From Alphaproteobacteria bacterium (GTDB lineage Bacteria > Pseudomonadota > Alphaproteobacteria > UBA7887), in the NCBI GenBank assembly GCA_965216755.1, contig CBDCGL010000011.1:4608001-4672000 (forward strand): DNA of 64,000 bases, written 5' to 3'. This document shows positions 48,691 to 60,136 of this stretch, one piece after another; the stretch's first letter is position 1, and the number at the start of each line of letters is the position of its first letter. Under the pieces are notes generated by a model. It was not told where the DNA came from, searched no databases, and saw nothing but the letters and a program-made list of their open reading frames with translations. Made by a program: the position numbers and the translations under genes.

Positions 48691-49353
48691 TCAATCTCGA
48701 ACTGGGTCGACTGCAAGTTGATCCGGGCGCAGCGCGCGACTGACACCGATCATACTGTCGCGTGTCACCAATTGTGCCAAACGGTCTTCCGCCCACCCAT
48801 TGGTACCGTCGGGGCGTTCAGGCAATACCAGATACCGCATGTCCGCTGTCGAATCGTGAACTCGGACGGCGACCGAATCCGGTATGTCCGTGCCGAACTC
48901 TCGCAGCAGAGCACGCGGTTCCCGCACTGCGCGCGCGCGATAATTGCGGCTCTTATACCAATCCGGCGGCAAGCCCAATATGGCACGCGGATAACAGGAA
49001 CATAGTGTGCAAACGATCAAATTATGTGTGCTTTCGGTGTTCTCGACGACCACCAGTTTTGTCCCGTCGACCGCAATATCCAACGCCTCGACGGCGGCGC
49101 TGCCGTCAGAGAGCAGGTGTTGCTTATAGGATGAATTAGTCCAGGCTCTGGCAACGACGCGCGCGCCTTGTGCTGGTGAGCGCGCGTCCATGCGCTCGAT
49201 CTGGCGGCGCAACTCGTCGCCGGTTATGACGCCCTTTTCGAGCAGCAATTCGCGTACCGCTTGCTCTAGCATCTGGTACTCGCCGCGGGGTTCGTCGTCT
49301 TGGATTGGTGCGTGGTCATCGTTATGACCAGGGGATGTCGGTTCGCGACTCAT
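48691..49353 (-). CDS. Cobalt-type nitrile hydratase alpha / thiocyanate hydrolase gamma-like subunit
   Basis: VVARAW, VCTLCSCYPR metal-binding motif, YLVLPERP. Confidence 0.92.
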   Translation of the reverse strand: MSREPTSPGHNDDHAPIQDDEPRGEYQMLEQAVRELLLEKGVITGDELRRQIERMDARSPAQGARVVARAWTNSSYKQHLLSDGSAAVEALDIAVDGTKLVVVENTESTHNLIVCTLCSCYPRAILGLPPDWYKSRNYRARAVREPRALLREFGTDIPDSVAVRVHDSTADMRYLVLPERPDGTNGWAEDRLAQLVTRDSMIGVSRALRPDQLAVDPVRD

Positions 49354-49646
49354 GGCCTCGGGCCTCCTGGTTCAAGCCAATGTTCATAGATTTCGATATC
49401 CACTGTGTCCATATCGGCGCCGCCATGGTCGGGCCAAATGGTAGATTGGTCGAAACGGACTCGATAGAGCGGCTGCTTCGGGCGACCATCGCCGCCATAG
49501 GCGAGAGTTTCAGGATTGCCAAAAGTGCCACAGATACGCTCGACCACGCCCGTGTGGCCGCGAATGTAGTAGGGGGTGCGCACATGGCCGGTATGTTCAC
49601 GGCTGCTGACGATGACCGTGTCGCCGACTGAAAACTTCGCGACCAT
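49350..49646 (-). CDS. Nitrile hydratase beta C-terminal (SH3-like) stand-alone subunit
   Basis: FSVGDTV, GHVRTPYYIRG, LYRVRF, IYEHWLE. Confidence 0.9.
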   Translation of the reverse strand: MVAKFSVGDTVIVSSREHTGHVRTPYYIRGHTGVVERICGTFGNPETLAYGGDGRPKQPLYRVRFDQSTIWPDHGGADMDTVDIEIYEHWLEPGGPRP

Positions 49647-49957
49647 TAGCCGGACGTCTCCCGCTGCCGGATGTCAGCGATGCGTCTATCCAACTCGTCT
49701 TGGTCGATGACGCCTTTTTCGACCAGGATTTTGGCGATCGACGCAATCCAGCGCTCATAGTAGGACAACGTATTGTAGGCGTCCGGATCGAGGGACTCGA
49801 TGCCCCGGCGCAATTCATCCACCCGCATGAGACGTTTTTCTTGTGCCAGCAGCGACAGGATCGCATCGACCCTCTTCTCCCAGGGCGCGTATTCATACTC
49901 AGACTTGTCGACAGGGCCGGCCGGTAATCCGCCCAAATCGTGTACGCCACGGCTCAA
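49646..49957 (-). CDS. Nitrile hydratase beta N-terminal stand-alone subunit
   Basis: GVHDLGG, WEKR, DELRRGIE, SYYERW, LVEKG. Confidence 0.9.
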   Translation of the reverse strand: MSRGVHDLGGLPAGPVDKSEYEYAPWEKRVDAILSLLAQEKRLMRVDELRRGIESLDPDAYNTLSYYERWIASIAKILVEKGVIDQDELDRRIADIRQRETSG

Positions 49958-49996
49958 GATTTATCCCTCCCCACTATGTCAAATCCAGCGCAGATC

Positions 49997-50884
49997 TCAC
50001 GACAAGCGATCAACAAATTCGGCAACCGCGGCGCCAATCTCATCGGGCGAATCCTCCTGGATAAAGTGAGTTCCTTTGACGGTCACCTCCGTCTGATTTG
50101 GCCACGATCGACAAAATTCACGCTGCGGTCCGACTAAAATGATACCCGGATTGGCATTGACGAACAATTTGGGCATGTCGTTCGATGCGAGCCATTCACT
50201 ATAGTCGCTCGCGATGGCAACCACATCCTCAGGTTCGCCGCCAACCGGGATCTGACGTGGCCATGTCAAGGTCGGTCGCCGGGATTCGCCAGGTTCCAGA
50301 TACGGTCTACGATAGACCGTCATCTCCGCTTCAGTGAGACCGCGCATGACGGCACCGGGGAGCAAGCGTTCGACAAATAGGTTCTTCTGCAAGACCATTT
50401 CCTCGCCGGCCGGACTGCGCAGGGCCCGGAACATGTCGCGGATGCTGTCCGGCCACTCATCCCAGGTCACCGGGCGAGCCAGAGCCTCCATGTAGGCGAT
50501 GGCTGCCACGCGGTTGGGGTTGCGTCGCGCCCAGTCAAAACCAAGCGCGGATCCCCAGTCGTGGACGACGAGCACAGCACCGCGCAGATCCAGGGCATCG
50601 AACCAGGCATCGAGAAAGCGGCGGTGATCGACAAATCGATAATCCCCGTCGGGGGCCTTTCCGGAGTCTCCCATGCCGATCAAATCGGGTGCGAGGCAGC
50701 GGCCCTTGCCCTCCAGATGCGGAATGACATTGCGCCACAGATACGACGATGTGGGATTGCCATGTAGGAATACGATCGGCCGCCCGTCCTCTATCCCGGT
50801 GTCGACATATGACATATCGCTGTCAAGGACGGCCAAGCGCTTCCGCGGATGCGGATCCAAGTGGGACGCATTGCTGTCAGTCAT
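49997..50884 (-). CDS. Haloalkane dehalogenase (DhaA/LinB-type)
   Basis: [30 protein letters not shown] (nucleophile Asp), [18 protein letters not shown]. Confidence 0.93.
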   Translation of the reverse strand: MTDSNASHLDPHPRKRLAVLDSDMSYVDTGIEDGRPIVFLHGNPTSSYLWRNVIPHLEGKGRCLAPDLIGMGDSGKAPDGDYRFVDHRRFLDAWFDALDLRGAVLVVHDWGSALGFDWARRNPNRVAAIAYMEALARPVTWDEWPDSIRDMFRALRSPAGEEMVLQKNLFVERLLPGAVMRGLTEAEMTVYRRPYLEPGESRRPTLTWPRQIPVGGEPEDVVAIASDYSEWLASNDMPKLFVNANPGIILVGPQREFCRSWPNQTEVTVKGTHFIQEDSPDEIGAAVAEFVDRLS

Positions 50885-51029
50885 TTCCGTCGTACCTCGT
50901 TGCCCAATTCATATGGGGACATTGTTCCCGAGCCGATGACCAGTTAAGGTCAGCACCTTGTCGACGACCAAGGCTCGCGCAGGTGGGCTTATTGGTCAAG
51001 TGTCCCAACAGCTGTCAATGGATCGGGAA

Positions 51030-52256
51030 ATGGACTTCGAATACTCACCGAAGGTGAAGGAACTCCAGACGCGGGTAACTGCGTTTATGGAAGAGCATAT
51101 CTACCCAAATGAGCCTGTATTCCAAGAGCAGCTGAATAGCGCGACGACTCGCTGGAGCATCCCGCCTGTGATGGAAGAGCTCAAGCAAAAGGCACATGCG
51201 GCGGGCCTATGGAACTTGTTCTTGCCGGAAAGCAACCGCGGCATGGGATTGACGAATCTGGAGTACGCGCCGTTGTGCGAAATAATGGGCCGGTCGCCGA
51301 TCGCGCCCGAGGCTTTCAATTGCTCCGCGCCCGATACGGGCAACATGGAGGTGCTGGAGCGCTACGGCACAGAAGAACACAAGAAGCAGTGGTTGGAACC
51401 GCTGCTGAACGGTGAGATCCGTTCCGCCTTTGCGATGACCGAACCGCGCGTCGCGTCCTCAGATGCCACGAATATCGAGTCGTCAATCACCCGCGACGGT
51501 GATGAGTATGTGATCAATGGTCGCAAATGGTGGACGTCAGGGCTTGGCGATCCGCGCTGCAAAATATTGATTTTCATGGGAAAAACGGATCCAAGCGCGG
51601 AGCGGCACAAGCAGCAATCGATGATTTTGGTGCCGGTCGACACGCCGGGGATCAACGTTGTTCGCACGTTACCGGTGTTTGGCTTCGACGATGCGCCGCA
51701 CGGCCATTGTGAGGTTGATTTTGAGAATGTGCGTGTGCCGGCCACCAACATTTTGCTGGGCGAAGGGCGCGGCTTTGAGATCGCGCAGGGACGTCTCGGA
51801 CCTGGTCGCATTCACCATTGCATGCGTTTGATCGGGCTGGCCGAGCGGGCTCTGGAAAAAATGCTCGTGCGTGTCAAGAACCGCGTTGCTTTTGGTAAGC
51901 CGTTGGCGGAGCAGGGTGTGATTATGGAACATATCGCCGAATCACGACTCGATATTGATCAATCGCGGCTTTTAACGCTGAAGGCCGCGCACATGATGGA
52001 TACCGTCGGCAATAAAGCCGCGCGCAAAGAAATTGCCATGATAAAGGTCGCTGCCCCAAATATGGCGTTGCGTGTGATTGATCGGGCGCTGCAAGCGCAT
52101 GGTGGCGGTGGCGTGACCGAGGGCTTCGGTTTGGCTGAGGCTTGGGCAAACGCGCGCACATTGCGGTTGGCGGACGGCCCGGACGAAGTGCATCGCGCGG
52201 CCATTGCGAAGCAGGAATTGCGGCGTCAGATTCGACCGGAAATTACCAACAGCTAA
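51030..52256 (+). CDS. Acyl-CoA dehydrogenase (ACAD10/11-, FadE2-like)
   Basis: [47 protein letters not shown]. Confidence 0.93.
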   Translation: MDFEYSPKVKELQTRVTAFMEEHIYPNEPVFQEQLNSATTRWSIPPVMEELKQKAHAAGLWNLFLPESNRGMGLTNLEYAPLCEIMGRSPIAPEAFNCSAPDTGNMEVLERYGTEEHKKQWLEPLLNGEIRSAFAMTEPRVASSDATNIESSITRDGDEYVINGRKWWTSGLGDPRCKILIFMGKTDPSAERHKQQSMILVPVDTPGINVVRTLPVFGFDDAPHGHCEVDFENVRVPATNILLGEGRGFEIAQGRLGPGRIHHCMRLIGLAERALEKMLVRVKNRVAFGKPLAEQGVIMEHIAESRLDIDQSRLLTLKAAHMMDTVGNKAARKEIAMIKVAAPNMALRVIDRALQAHGGGGVTEGFGLAEAWANARTLRLADGPDEVHRAAIAKQELRRQIRPEITNS

Positions 52257-52262
52257 GACGCG

Positions 52263-53033
52263 ATGGATCGACTCAAAGATAAGGTCGCGATCATCACCGG
52301 CGGTGCCTCGGGGCTTGGCAGGCAGTCCGCCATCCGCATGGTCGAGGAGGGCGCACATGTCATTCTGACCGATCTCAACTCCCTGACGGGTCAGGCAACC
52401 GCGGACGAGATCGGCGGCGATACGATTTTTTTGGAACATGACGTGGCGCACGAGTCGGGTTGGCAAGCGGTGATGGATGTTGTCCTGCAGCGTCATGGCC
52501 GCTTGGACATCCTGGTCAACAGTGCCGGCGTCGGGTTCATGAACAATATAGAAGACGTATCTCTTGATGAATGGCGCCATGTCCACGCGGTCAATTTGGA
52601 CGGTACGTTCCTGGGCTGCAAATACGCGATTGGTGCGATGAAACGGACCTCGGTCGAGTCGGCGGCTTCGATCGTCAATATATCGTCAGTCTCTGGGCTG
52701 ATCGGCGGCCACAATTTGGCAGCCTATAATTCCAGTAAAGGGGGCGTTCGGTTGTTGACCAAATCCGTCGCGCTGCATTGCGCGCGCGCCGGCTACAATA
52801 TTCGTTGCAATTCGGTACACCCGACTTTTATTGCCACGCCAATGGTCCAGGCGATGATCGACGCTGGGCCCGATCCGGAACGAGCCCAGCAGAAATTGGC
52901 GCGGCAGGTGCCCCTGGGCCATATCGGCGAACCAGACGACATTGCGTGGGGCGTCGTCTATCTGGCATCCGACGAGTCAAAGTTCATGACTGGCGCGGAA
53001 TTTGTCGTAGATGGTGGTATCACCGCCATGTGA
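52263..53033 (+). CDS. Short-chain dehydrogenase/reductase
   Basis: TGGASGLG, YNSSK, NSVHP. Confidence 0.92.
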   Translation: MDRLKDKVAIITGGASGLGRQSAIRMVEEGAHVILTDLNSLTGQATADEIGGDTIFLEHDVAHESGWQAVMDVVLQRHGRLDILVNSAGVGFMNNIEDVSLDEWRHVHAVNLDGTFLGCKYAIGAMKRTSVESAASIVNISSVSGLIGGHNLAAYNSSKGGVRLLTKSVALHCARAGYNIRCNSVHPTFIATPMVQAMIDAGPDPERAQQKLARQVPLGHIGEPDDIAWGVVYLASDESKFMTGAEFVVDGGITAM

Positions 53034-53053
53034 CAGACGCCCGATCGCTTTGC

Positions 53054-53515
53054 TTACCGATAAACGATGGCCATTGTCTCAGCGATACACGCCGCCCGCT
53101 CTTGATTCTCGATCTCGATCGTTATTTCGCCGGTGATCCGCAGACCGTCATTCTTGACCGGATCAGCGGCCTTGAGCCGGTAGTGGCCGCGGATCCGAGA
53201 GCCAGCTGGAACCGGTGCCGTGAATCGTATCCGATCTGATCCGTAATTGAGGCTTTGGCGCACGGTTTCGAGTTTGTAGATGTTGGCGATCATGATGGGC
53301 ACCATGGACAACGTCAAATAGCCGTGTGCGATTGTCTTCCCGCCCGGAAGCTCCTTTGCCGCACGTTCCGCGTCGACGTGTATCCATTGAAAGTCTCCGG
53401 TCGCTTCTGCGAAACGATCGATCCGTTCTTGATCAATTCTCACCCAGTCGCTCACGCCGATTTCTTGACCCACCAGAGATTGCATTTCTTCAAAGCTCTC
53501 GATCGTGCGCATCAT
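53054..53515 (-). CDS. MaoC-family dehydratase
   Basis: FAEATGDFQWIHVD, IAHGYLTLS. Confidence 0.9.
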   Translation of the reverse strand: MMRTIESFEEMQSLVGQEIGVSDWVRIDQERIDRFAEATGDFQWIHVDAERAAKELPGGKTIAHGYLTLSMVPIMIANIYKLETVRQSLNYGSDRIRFTAPVPAGSRIRGHYRLKAADPVKNDGLRITGEITIEIENQERAACIAETMAIVYR

Positions 53516-53580
53516 GTCCTCTTGCCATAGTTGTCGTATCCTCATAGCGCAATTGATCTGTCCCGGGCTACCATGTGCGC

Positions 53581-54465
53581 ATGACCTCTGATTCGATCAA
53601 AACGATTGGCTTTATCGGCCTCGGCAATATGGGCGGCCCCATGGCATCACGACTTGTCACGGCCGGACACAGTGTCGTTGGTTACGACAAAGCGAACATG
53701 ACCGGTGGCGCCGCAACGGGGATCTCGTTCGCCGCGTCGGTTGCTGATGTGGTCGCGCGCAGTGACGTTGTCTTGTTGTCGCTGCCGGATGGTCGCGCGG
53801 TGAATGCTGTCGGCGCGCAGATTGCGGAGACGGCGGACCGACGCGCGCGGATCGTCGTCGACCACTCGACGATTGGTCCCGCGGCGGCGCGCGAAGTGCA
53901 CAGCACATTGCGCGATCTTGACATCGGTTTCTTGGATGCGCCGGTCAGTGGCGGTGTCGCCGGTGCCCGCGCCGGTAGCTTGGCGATGATGATTGCCGGC
54001 GATCGCGACGTTGCACGCCGCTTGGATCCGATTTTGGCGCCGATGGCCAAGAACCGGTTTCTTGTCGGCGATCAGCCCGGCCAAGGGCAGGTCATGAAGG
54101 TTCTAAACAATTTCCTGTCTGCGGTGGCCATGATCGCCACCAGCGAGGCGGTCAGTTTCGGAGAACGGCAGGGCTTAGACCAATCAACCATGACCGACGT
54201 CCTGAATGTGTCCACCGGCCGGAACAGTGCGACCGACGACAAGTTTCCCAACCGCATTACCCCCGAAACCTTCGATGCGGGCTTTACCGTCGACCTCTTG
54301 ACGAAAGACGTCGGGCTTTATCTGGATGCGGTGCTGAAAACCGGAACCGCGCACGGCGTGGGCGATGTCGTCATTAAAGTACTGCATGAAATGCTGGCGG
54401 CTGAACCCGGTGCCGACTTCACGCGGATTTTTCCTTTTATTCGCGATCGCGCCGATAGCAGCTAG
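53581..54465 (+). CDS. Beta-hydroxyacid dehydrogenase (3-hydroxyisobutyrate dehydrogenase family)
   Basis: GFIGLGNMG, DAPVSGG, KVLNN, KD. Confidence 0.9.
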   Translation: MTSDSIKTIGFIGLGNMGGPMASRLVTAGHSVVGYDKANMTGGAATGISFAASVADVVARSDVVLLSLPDGRAVNAVGAQIAETADRRARIVVDHSTIGPAAAREVHSTLRDLDIGFLDAPVSGGVAGARAGSLAMMIAGDRDVARRLDPILAPMAKNRFLVGDQPGQGQVMKVLNNFLSAVAMIATSEAVSFGERQGLDQSTMTDVLNVSTGRNSATDDKFPNRITPETFDAGFTVDLLTKDVGLYLDAVLKTGTAHGVGDVVIKVLHEMLAAEPGADFTRIFPFIRDRADSS

Positions 54466-54572
54466 CAAGCGTCGTGTGCAGGAAATGCGCTTGCGTTGGT
54501 GCGGATTTCCGTTCAAGACGCTGCTCATATTTCAGGGATCGCCGCGGCGACAAAACTTCAGGGGCTTGAAAC

Positions 54573-56666
54573 ATGGCAGAAATGGTCAATTACACGCGCC
54601 AGGGCAAAGTCGGTGTGATTGCGGTGAACAATCCGCCCGTGAACGCACTGTCCGTCGGCGTTCCGCAGGGAATCATCGATGGCCTCAAATCTGGCGGGTC
54701 GGATGATGACGTCGTGGCTATGGTCCTCGTCGGCGGCGGTCGCACCTTTATATCTGGAGCCGATATCAACGAATTCTTGAAACCGCCACCCCCGGGCAAC
54801 GCAACCATATTCGATGTGATTGATGCCCTGGAAGCGGCGACCAAGCCGGTCATCGCGGCTGTACACGGTACGGCGTTGGGCGGCGGGCTTGAGGTTGCGA
54901 TGGCGTGCCACTATCGCTGTGGTGTCGAGCAGGCGCGATTTGGGCTGCCGGAAGTGCTTCTTGGTATTTTGCCCGGTGCCGGCGGGACCCAACGTTTGCC
55001 GCGGCTGATTGGCGTTGAGGCGGCGCTGCCGTTGATGACATCCGGAAGCTTTGTCCCAGCTGCGAAAGCCAAGGATCTCGGGATTATCGATGAAATCGTC
55101 GACGGAGACTTGTTGACCGGAGCAACGACGTTTGCCCAAAACGTCGTCTCGGAAGGCCGGCCATTGCGCAAAGTGCGTGACGAGGCTGCCGCACCGCCAG
55201 ATTCGCCCGACTTCTTTAAGGACTTCGAGGCCTCGTTGGCCAAGCCGGCGCGTGGCTATTTGGCGCCATATAAAATTGTCGAATGCGCACGTGCAGCCGT
55301 CGAATTGCCTTTCGACGAAGGGATCGCCAAGGAACGTGCGCTTTTCCAGGAGTGCATGGCATCGGACCAAGCCAAGGGCTTGATGCAGCTGTTTTTTGCC
55401 GAGCGCGAAGCGAACAAGATCCCCGACGTGCCGCGCGACACGGAAACCCGACCTATTAAGTCGGCGGCGGTGATCGGTGCCGGGACGATGGGCGGTGGGA
55501 TCGCCATGAATTTTGCCAACGTCGGAATTCCCGTGACGGTACTGGAAGTGAAACAGGAACCGTTAGATCGCGGCATGAAGACGATTGCTGGCAACTATGC
55601 GCGGACCGTCAAGCGCGGAAGGTTGAGCCAAGACGCCATGGACCGGCGCATGGCATTAATCAGCCCCACCACGAGCTACGACGACATTACGGACGCCGAT
55701 ATCGTTATCGAAGCCGTATTCGAGGAAATGGACATCAAGAAGGAGGTGTTCGGCATCCTCGACAAGATTGCCAAGCCCGACGCAATTCTGGCCACCAATA
55801 CGTCAACGTTGGATGTGGACGAAATCGCCGCTGCCACCAGCCGGCCTGAATCTGTGATTGGCACGCATTTCTTCAGCCCGGCTAACGTCATGCGATTGTT
55901 GGAGGTGGTGCGCGGTGCCAAGTCGGCGAAAGACGTCATTGCCACATCCATGCGGCTGGGCAAGGCCATCAACAAGGTGCCGGTGCTGGTCGGTGTGTGT
56001 GACGGATTTGTCGGCAACCGCATGCTGGCACGCTATACGCGCCAAGCATTCAAAATGATTGAGGAGGGCGCCCTACCACAACAAGTCGACAAGGCACTGT
56101 ATGACTTCGGCTTGGCCATGGGGCCGTTCGCCATGGGTGACCTGGCCGGACTGGATGTGGGCTGGCGCATTCGAAAACGCCGCGCGGCCGAGAAGGCGGA
56201 AATCCAGGATGCCTCGCCGATCGAGGATCAGATCTGCGAAATGGGCCGGTTCGGCCAGAAGACCGGGGCCGGTTGGTACAAATATGCCGAGGGCGACCGC
56301 ACACCGATCCCTGACCCGGACGTGGAGGCGTTGATTCTGAAACATGCCGCCGATCGCGGGATTAATCGACGACCCATTGATACGCAGGAGATCGTCGAAC
56401 GCTGCATGTATGCGCTCGTGAACGAAGGCGCAAAAATACTTGAGGAAGGCATCGCCATTCGGGCCAGCGACATCGATGTGATCTATGCCAATGGTTACGG
56501 CTTCCCCAGGTATCGCGGAGGCCCCATGTTTTATGCCGATCGCGTCGGATTGAAAGAAGTCTACGATGCTGTGTCACGTTTGTACGATACGTACGGTGAG
56601 GAATGGGAGCCCGCGCCATTGCTCAAGCGACTTGCGGAATCGGGTGGCACATTCAACAAGCGATAA
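54573..56666 (+). CDS. Bifunctional enoyl-CoA hydratase / 3-hydroxyacyl-CoA dehydrogenase
   Basis: NPPVNAL, GGGLE, PEV (crotonase); GAGTMG, EAVFE, NTSTL, HFFSP. Confidence 0.95.
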   Translation: MAEMVNYTRQGKVGVIAVNNPPVNALSVGVPQGIIDGLKSGGSDDDVVAMVLVGGGRTFISGADINEFLKPPPPGNATIFDVIDALEAATKPVIAAVHGTALGGGLEVAMACHYRCGVEQARFGLPEVLLGILPGAGGTQRLPRLIGVEAALPLMTSGSFVPAAKAKDLGIIDEIVDGDLLTGATTFAQNVVSEGRPLRKVRDEAAAPPDSPDFFKDFEASLAKPARGYLAPYKIVECARAAVELPFDEGIAKERALFQECMASDQAKGLMQLFFAEREANKIPDVPRDTETRPIKSAAVIGAGTMGGGIAMNFANVGIPVTVLEVKQEPLDRGMKTIAGNYARTVKRGRLSQDAMDRRMALISPTTSYDDITDADIVIEAVFEEMDIKKEVFGILDKIAKPDAILATNTSTLDVDEIAAATSRPESVIGTHFFSPANVMRLLEVVRGAKSAKDVIATSMRLGKAINKVPVLVGVCDGFVGNRMLARYTRQAFKMIEEGALPQQVDKALYDFGLAMGPFAMGDLAGLDVGWRIRKRRAAEKAEIQDASPIEDQICEMGRFGQKTGAGWYKYAEGDRTPIPDPDVEALILKHAADRGINRRPIDTQEIVERCMYALVNEGAKILEEGIAIRASDIDVIYANGYGFPRYRGGPMFYADRVGLKEVYDAVSRLYDTYGEEWEPAPLLKRLAESGGTFNKR

Positions 56667-56732
56667 TCCGGCGGTCCAGGACCGTTTCGGCGACGCTGTG
56701 GCAACAAAGTATGTATTCAGCAGGAGTATCAA

Positions 56733-57914
56733 ATGACTGACGCCGTCATCGTCTCGACCGCGCGCACACCGATAGGAAAAGCATTCCGTGGCGCGTTCAA
56801 CAATACCCACGGCGCGACGATCGGCGGGCATGTGATCAAACATGCCGTCGATCGGGCGCAAGTCGACCCCGGTGAAGTCGAGGATGTGATCATGGGCTGC
56901 GCGATGCCGGAAGGCGCGACCGGTGACAACATCGCGCGACAATGCGCGCTGCGTGCCGGATTGCCGGTGACGACGGCCGGTGTGACGATTAATCGCTTTT
57001 GTTCGTCAGGCCTCCAGGCGATTAGCATGGCGGCACAAAGGATCAAGGTCGATCAGGTTCCCGTCATGGTCGCCGGGGGATTGGAGTCGATCAGCCTGGT
57101 GCAGAACAATCGAAACGATCACAGGCTTCATGAAAGCTGGATCGACGATCACAAGCCCGAAGTCTACATGCCGATGATTGACACGGCCGAAGTTGTTGCC
57201 AAGCGATATGACGTCAGTCGCGCGACGCAGGATGAATACGCCTTACAAAGTCAAATGCGTACCGCCGCCGCACAACAAGCCGGACGATTCGACGATGAGA
57301 TCGTGCCCATGCCGACCACCAAATTGGTTCAGGACAGGGAGAGCGGCGCGATTTCCGAGCAAGACGTAACACTTGAAAAGGATGAGGGCAATCGGCCGAG
57401 CACGACCCTGGAGGGTCTCGGCGGACTGGAGCCCGTGCGTGGACCGAACGCGTTCATTACCGCGGGGAACGCGAGCCAGTTGTCAGATGGTGCGTCGGCC
57501 TGTGTTGTGATGGATGCCAAGGAAGCCGAGCGCCGTGGACTTGAGCCGCTCGGTGTTTATCGGGGGCTTTCGGTCGCCGGCTGCGAGCCTGACGAAATGG
57601 GGATCGGACCGGTGTTCGCCGTACCCCGCCTGTTGGAACGGCACGGCCTGACGATGGACGATATCGATCTGTGGGAGCTCAACGAGGCCTTTGCTGTGCA
57701 GGTTCTTTATTGTCGCGACCGATTGGGGATCCCCAACGAGACCCTCAACGTCGATGGTGGCGCGATTTCGATCGGTCACCCTTATGGCATGAGTGGCGCG
57801 CGAATGGTCGGGCACGCATTGATCGAGGGTAGACGGCGCGGCGCCAAATATGTCGTCACGACCATGTGCATCGGTGGTGGCATGGGTGCGGCTGGGTTGT
57901 TTGAGATCAATTAG
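56733..57914 (+). CDS. Acetyl-CoA C-acyltransferase (thiolase)
   Basis: NRFCSSG, NEAFA, GHPYG, CIGGG. Confidence 0.95.
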   Translation: MTDAVIVSTARTPIGKAFRGAFNNTHGATIGGHVIKHAVDRAQVDPGEVEDVIMGCAMPEGATGDNIARQCALRAGLPVTTAGVTINRFCSSGLQAISMAAQRIKVDQVPVMVAGGLESISLVQNNRNDHRLHESWIDDHKPEVYMPMIDTAEVVAKRYDVSRATQDEYALQSQMRTAAAQQAGRFDDEIVPMPTTKLVQDRESGAISEQDVTLEKDEGNRPSTTLEGLGGLEPVRGPNAFITAGNASQLSDGASACVVMDAKEAERRGLEPLGVYRGLSVAGCEPDEMGIGPVFAVPRLLERHGLTMDDIDLWELNEAFAVQVLYCRDRLGIPNETLNVDGGAISIGHPYGMSGARMVGHALIEGRRRGAKYVVTTMCIGGGMGAAGLFEIN

Positions 57915-57953
57915 GCCGCTATTGCGGCTGTCGAGCTAGCCGCAGATCAGGTT

Positions 57954-57992
57954 AAAAAAAAGCGGCGGTCAGAAGACCGCCGCTGATTTTTT
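57954..57992. terminator. Probable bidirectional rho-independent terminator
   Basis: A-run, 10-bp stem agcggcggtc/gaccgccgct with a 4-nt loop, then a T-run, between convergent genes. Confidence 0.85.
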
Positions 57993-58006
57993 CGGTCGCG
58001 AATGGG

Positions 58007-60136
58007 TTAGGCAATCGCGGCCTTAATTACGTTCGGGGTGAGTGGAAGTTCGCGCCCACGCGCGCCCACTGCGTCATGGACCGCGTTCGCGATCGCCGCC
58101 GGGACAACCGTGACCACCGGCTCGCCCGTGCCGGCCGGGTAAGGGCCGCTTTGGATGAGCACGATGTCGATTTCAGGCACTTCGTTGATACGGAGAACTT
58201 CGAAAGTGTCGAAGTTGATTTGCTCGATAGCGCCGTTGGCCATCGTGGCTTTTTCCTTCAACGCGTGACTGACGCCCCACAGGGCCGAGCCTTGGATCTG
58301 CTGGATACATCCGTCGGGATTGCCCGCCGTACCCACATCCATTGCTACCGTGAGCTTTTGCACGGCCGACGTACCACTGTCGGGATCGACGTGGACCGCG
58401 GCCACACACGCCGTCCACGAAGGTGAACCACGTTCCTGAGCCGTGACGCACGAGATAACCACGCCGACGTTTTCACCGAGCGGTTTGACACCGTATCCGG
58501 CTTGGCCGGCGACGGTGACGAGGGCATTGCGCAGGCCGTGCGCACCGCCAACTCTGTTCGGTAGTGTGCCGGCGTTCTTACCGGTCGCATCGAGAATGTC
58601 CAAGCGCATGTCGAGGGGATCTTTGCCGATCTTGCGCGCGAACTCGTCTATGAAGCTTTCGACCGCCCAGAACGTCTAGCCGGGGGCCATGCGTTTTGTC
58701 GCCCAACCACAACACACCGAGTGATCGAGGGCCGTTGGTTTGCCCGCCGCATCGACGCCTCCCTTGGCGCGCTGATATGTCAAGGATCGATGGAAGTCGA
58801 ACTGCACGTCCTGTTCACGCGTATACACGAGCTTCACAGGTCGCCCCAATTCCTCGGCAGCGAGTGCTGCCGGTATCATTTGCTCTGCTTCGAGACGCCG
58901 TCCGAAGCCACCACCCAAGTATTGTTGGTGGATCATGACGTTCGCTGGATCTACGCCAACCGCTTTCGCGACAATGGCTCCACCGCGCGTTTGCCACTGG
59001 CTGCCGGCGAAAATGTGCCAAACGCCACCTTGTTCAATGACCACCGCGTTTTGCGGTTCCATGACGCCATGATAGTTGATGTTGGTGACACATTCGGCTT
59101 CGTGAGTGGCCGCCGAGCCCGACAAGCCCGATTCGACGTCACCTTCAAGGACGCAGGCGAGACCTGAATTCGGGTCATCGGTCAGGCTCTTGGCGTGCTC
59201 GAGAATGTCGCCATTGCTGACACCCGCGTTCGGGCCAAGGTCCCAGTCGACTTTGATTGCGTCGGCCGCTGCTTTCGCACCATGAAATGTCTCAGCAACT
59301 GCGATCGCATAGCCTTTTTGCGCGTTCGTGGCGTCTTCAGCGACAACTATCCCGATGTAACCGTTAATGCCTTTCGCGGCGGTATCGATGACGCTCTTCG
59401 GCATGGCGCCCCAACGCACTGGTGGGCTGACCCAGTGACTGTAGACCATATTCGGTATGAAGACGTCGATACCATAACGCGCCGTGCCATTGGTTTTCGC
59501 CGGAACGTCGAGGTGCTGCACCGGTTGACCGACAATCTTGTAGTCGCCGAAGCTCTTCAATTCGAGAACCTTAAGCTCGTCTTCGGTAAAGGACCGGCTA
59601 ATGTCGCGCTTGAGACGATTTCCGCATAAGTCACGCTGCGGCCCGTGCCTGAATGGGTGACCGAGCTGTTGCTGGCACCACATTCTCCGGCAGGCACGCC
59701 CATAATTCCGGCGCCGACCTCGATCAAGGCAATCCGTCCGGACGCGCCTGCGCGCGACAGCAGGTCAAAGGTCCAGTTCACGCCCCAGCTGCCACCGGTG
59801 AGCATAGGGCCCCATTTCTCGTGGCTATCAGGATTCGATGCGGATGTCGTTCCGATCGACTTCAAGCTCCTCGGCGACCGATTGGGCGCGCCCCGTACCG
59901 ACATGCTGGCCCATTTCGGCCTTCGTGATATGCACGGTGGTAGTGCCGGACGGTTCCATCGAGATGAAAAGGCTCGGGTCGCAGTTGCCGGCCGCTAACG
60001 CTTCCTTTGCGCTTCCCGGCAGCGTTGGAAGCACAGAGAAGCCCATTACGAGGCTCGCGCCCGCTGCCGCCCAGACCACCATGAATTGGCGACGTGTCAG
60101 GCCTTCCATTTTCGAAACGTCCATGTGCTTGGTCAT
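58007..60136 (-). pseudogene. IorB-like molybdopterin-binding aldehyde/isoquinoline oxidoreductase subunit, disrupted
   Basis: TRRQF, KAEMGQHVGT, TGGS and LGGGFGRR are spread over different frames. Frameshifts near 59840 and 59610; in-frame TAG at 58676-58678. Confidence 0.88.

Noticed and set aside
54558-55370. Long antisense and alternate-frame ORFs (also 7888-8679, 27706-28476, 39396-40184, 42019-42930)
   Set aside because: They are shadows of well-supported genes in GC-rich DNA and have no recognisable motifs.
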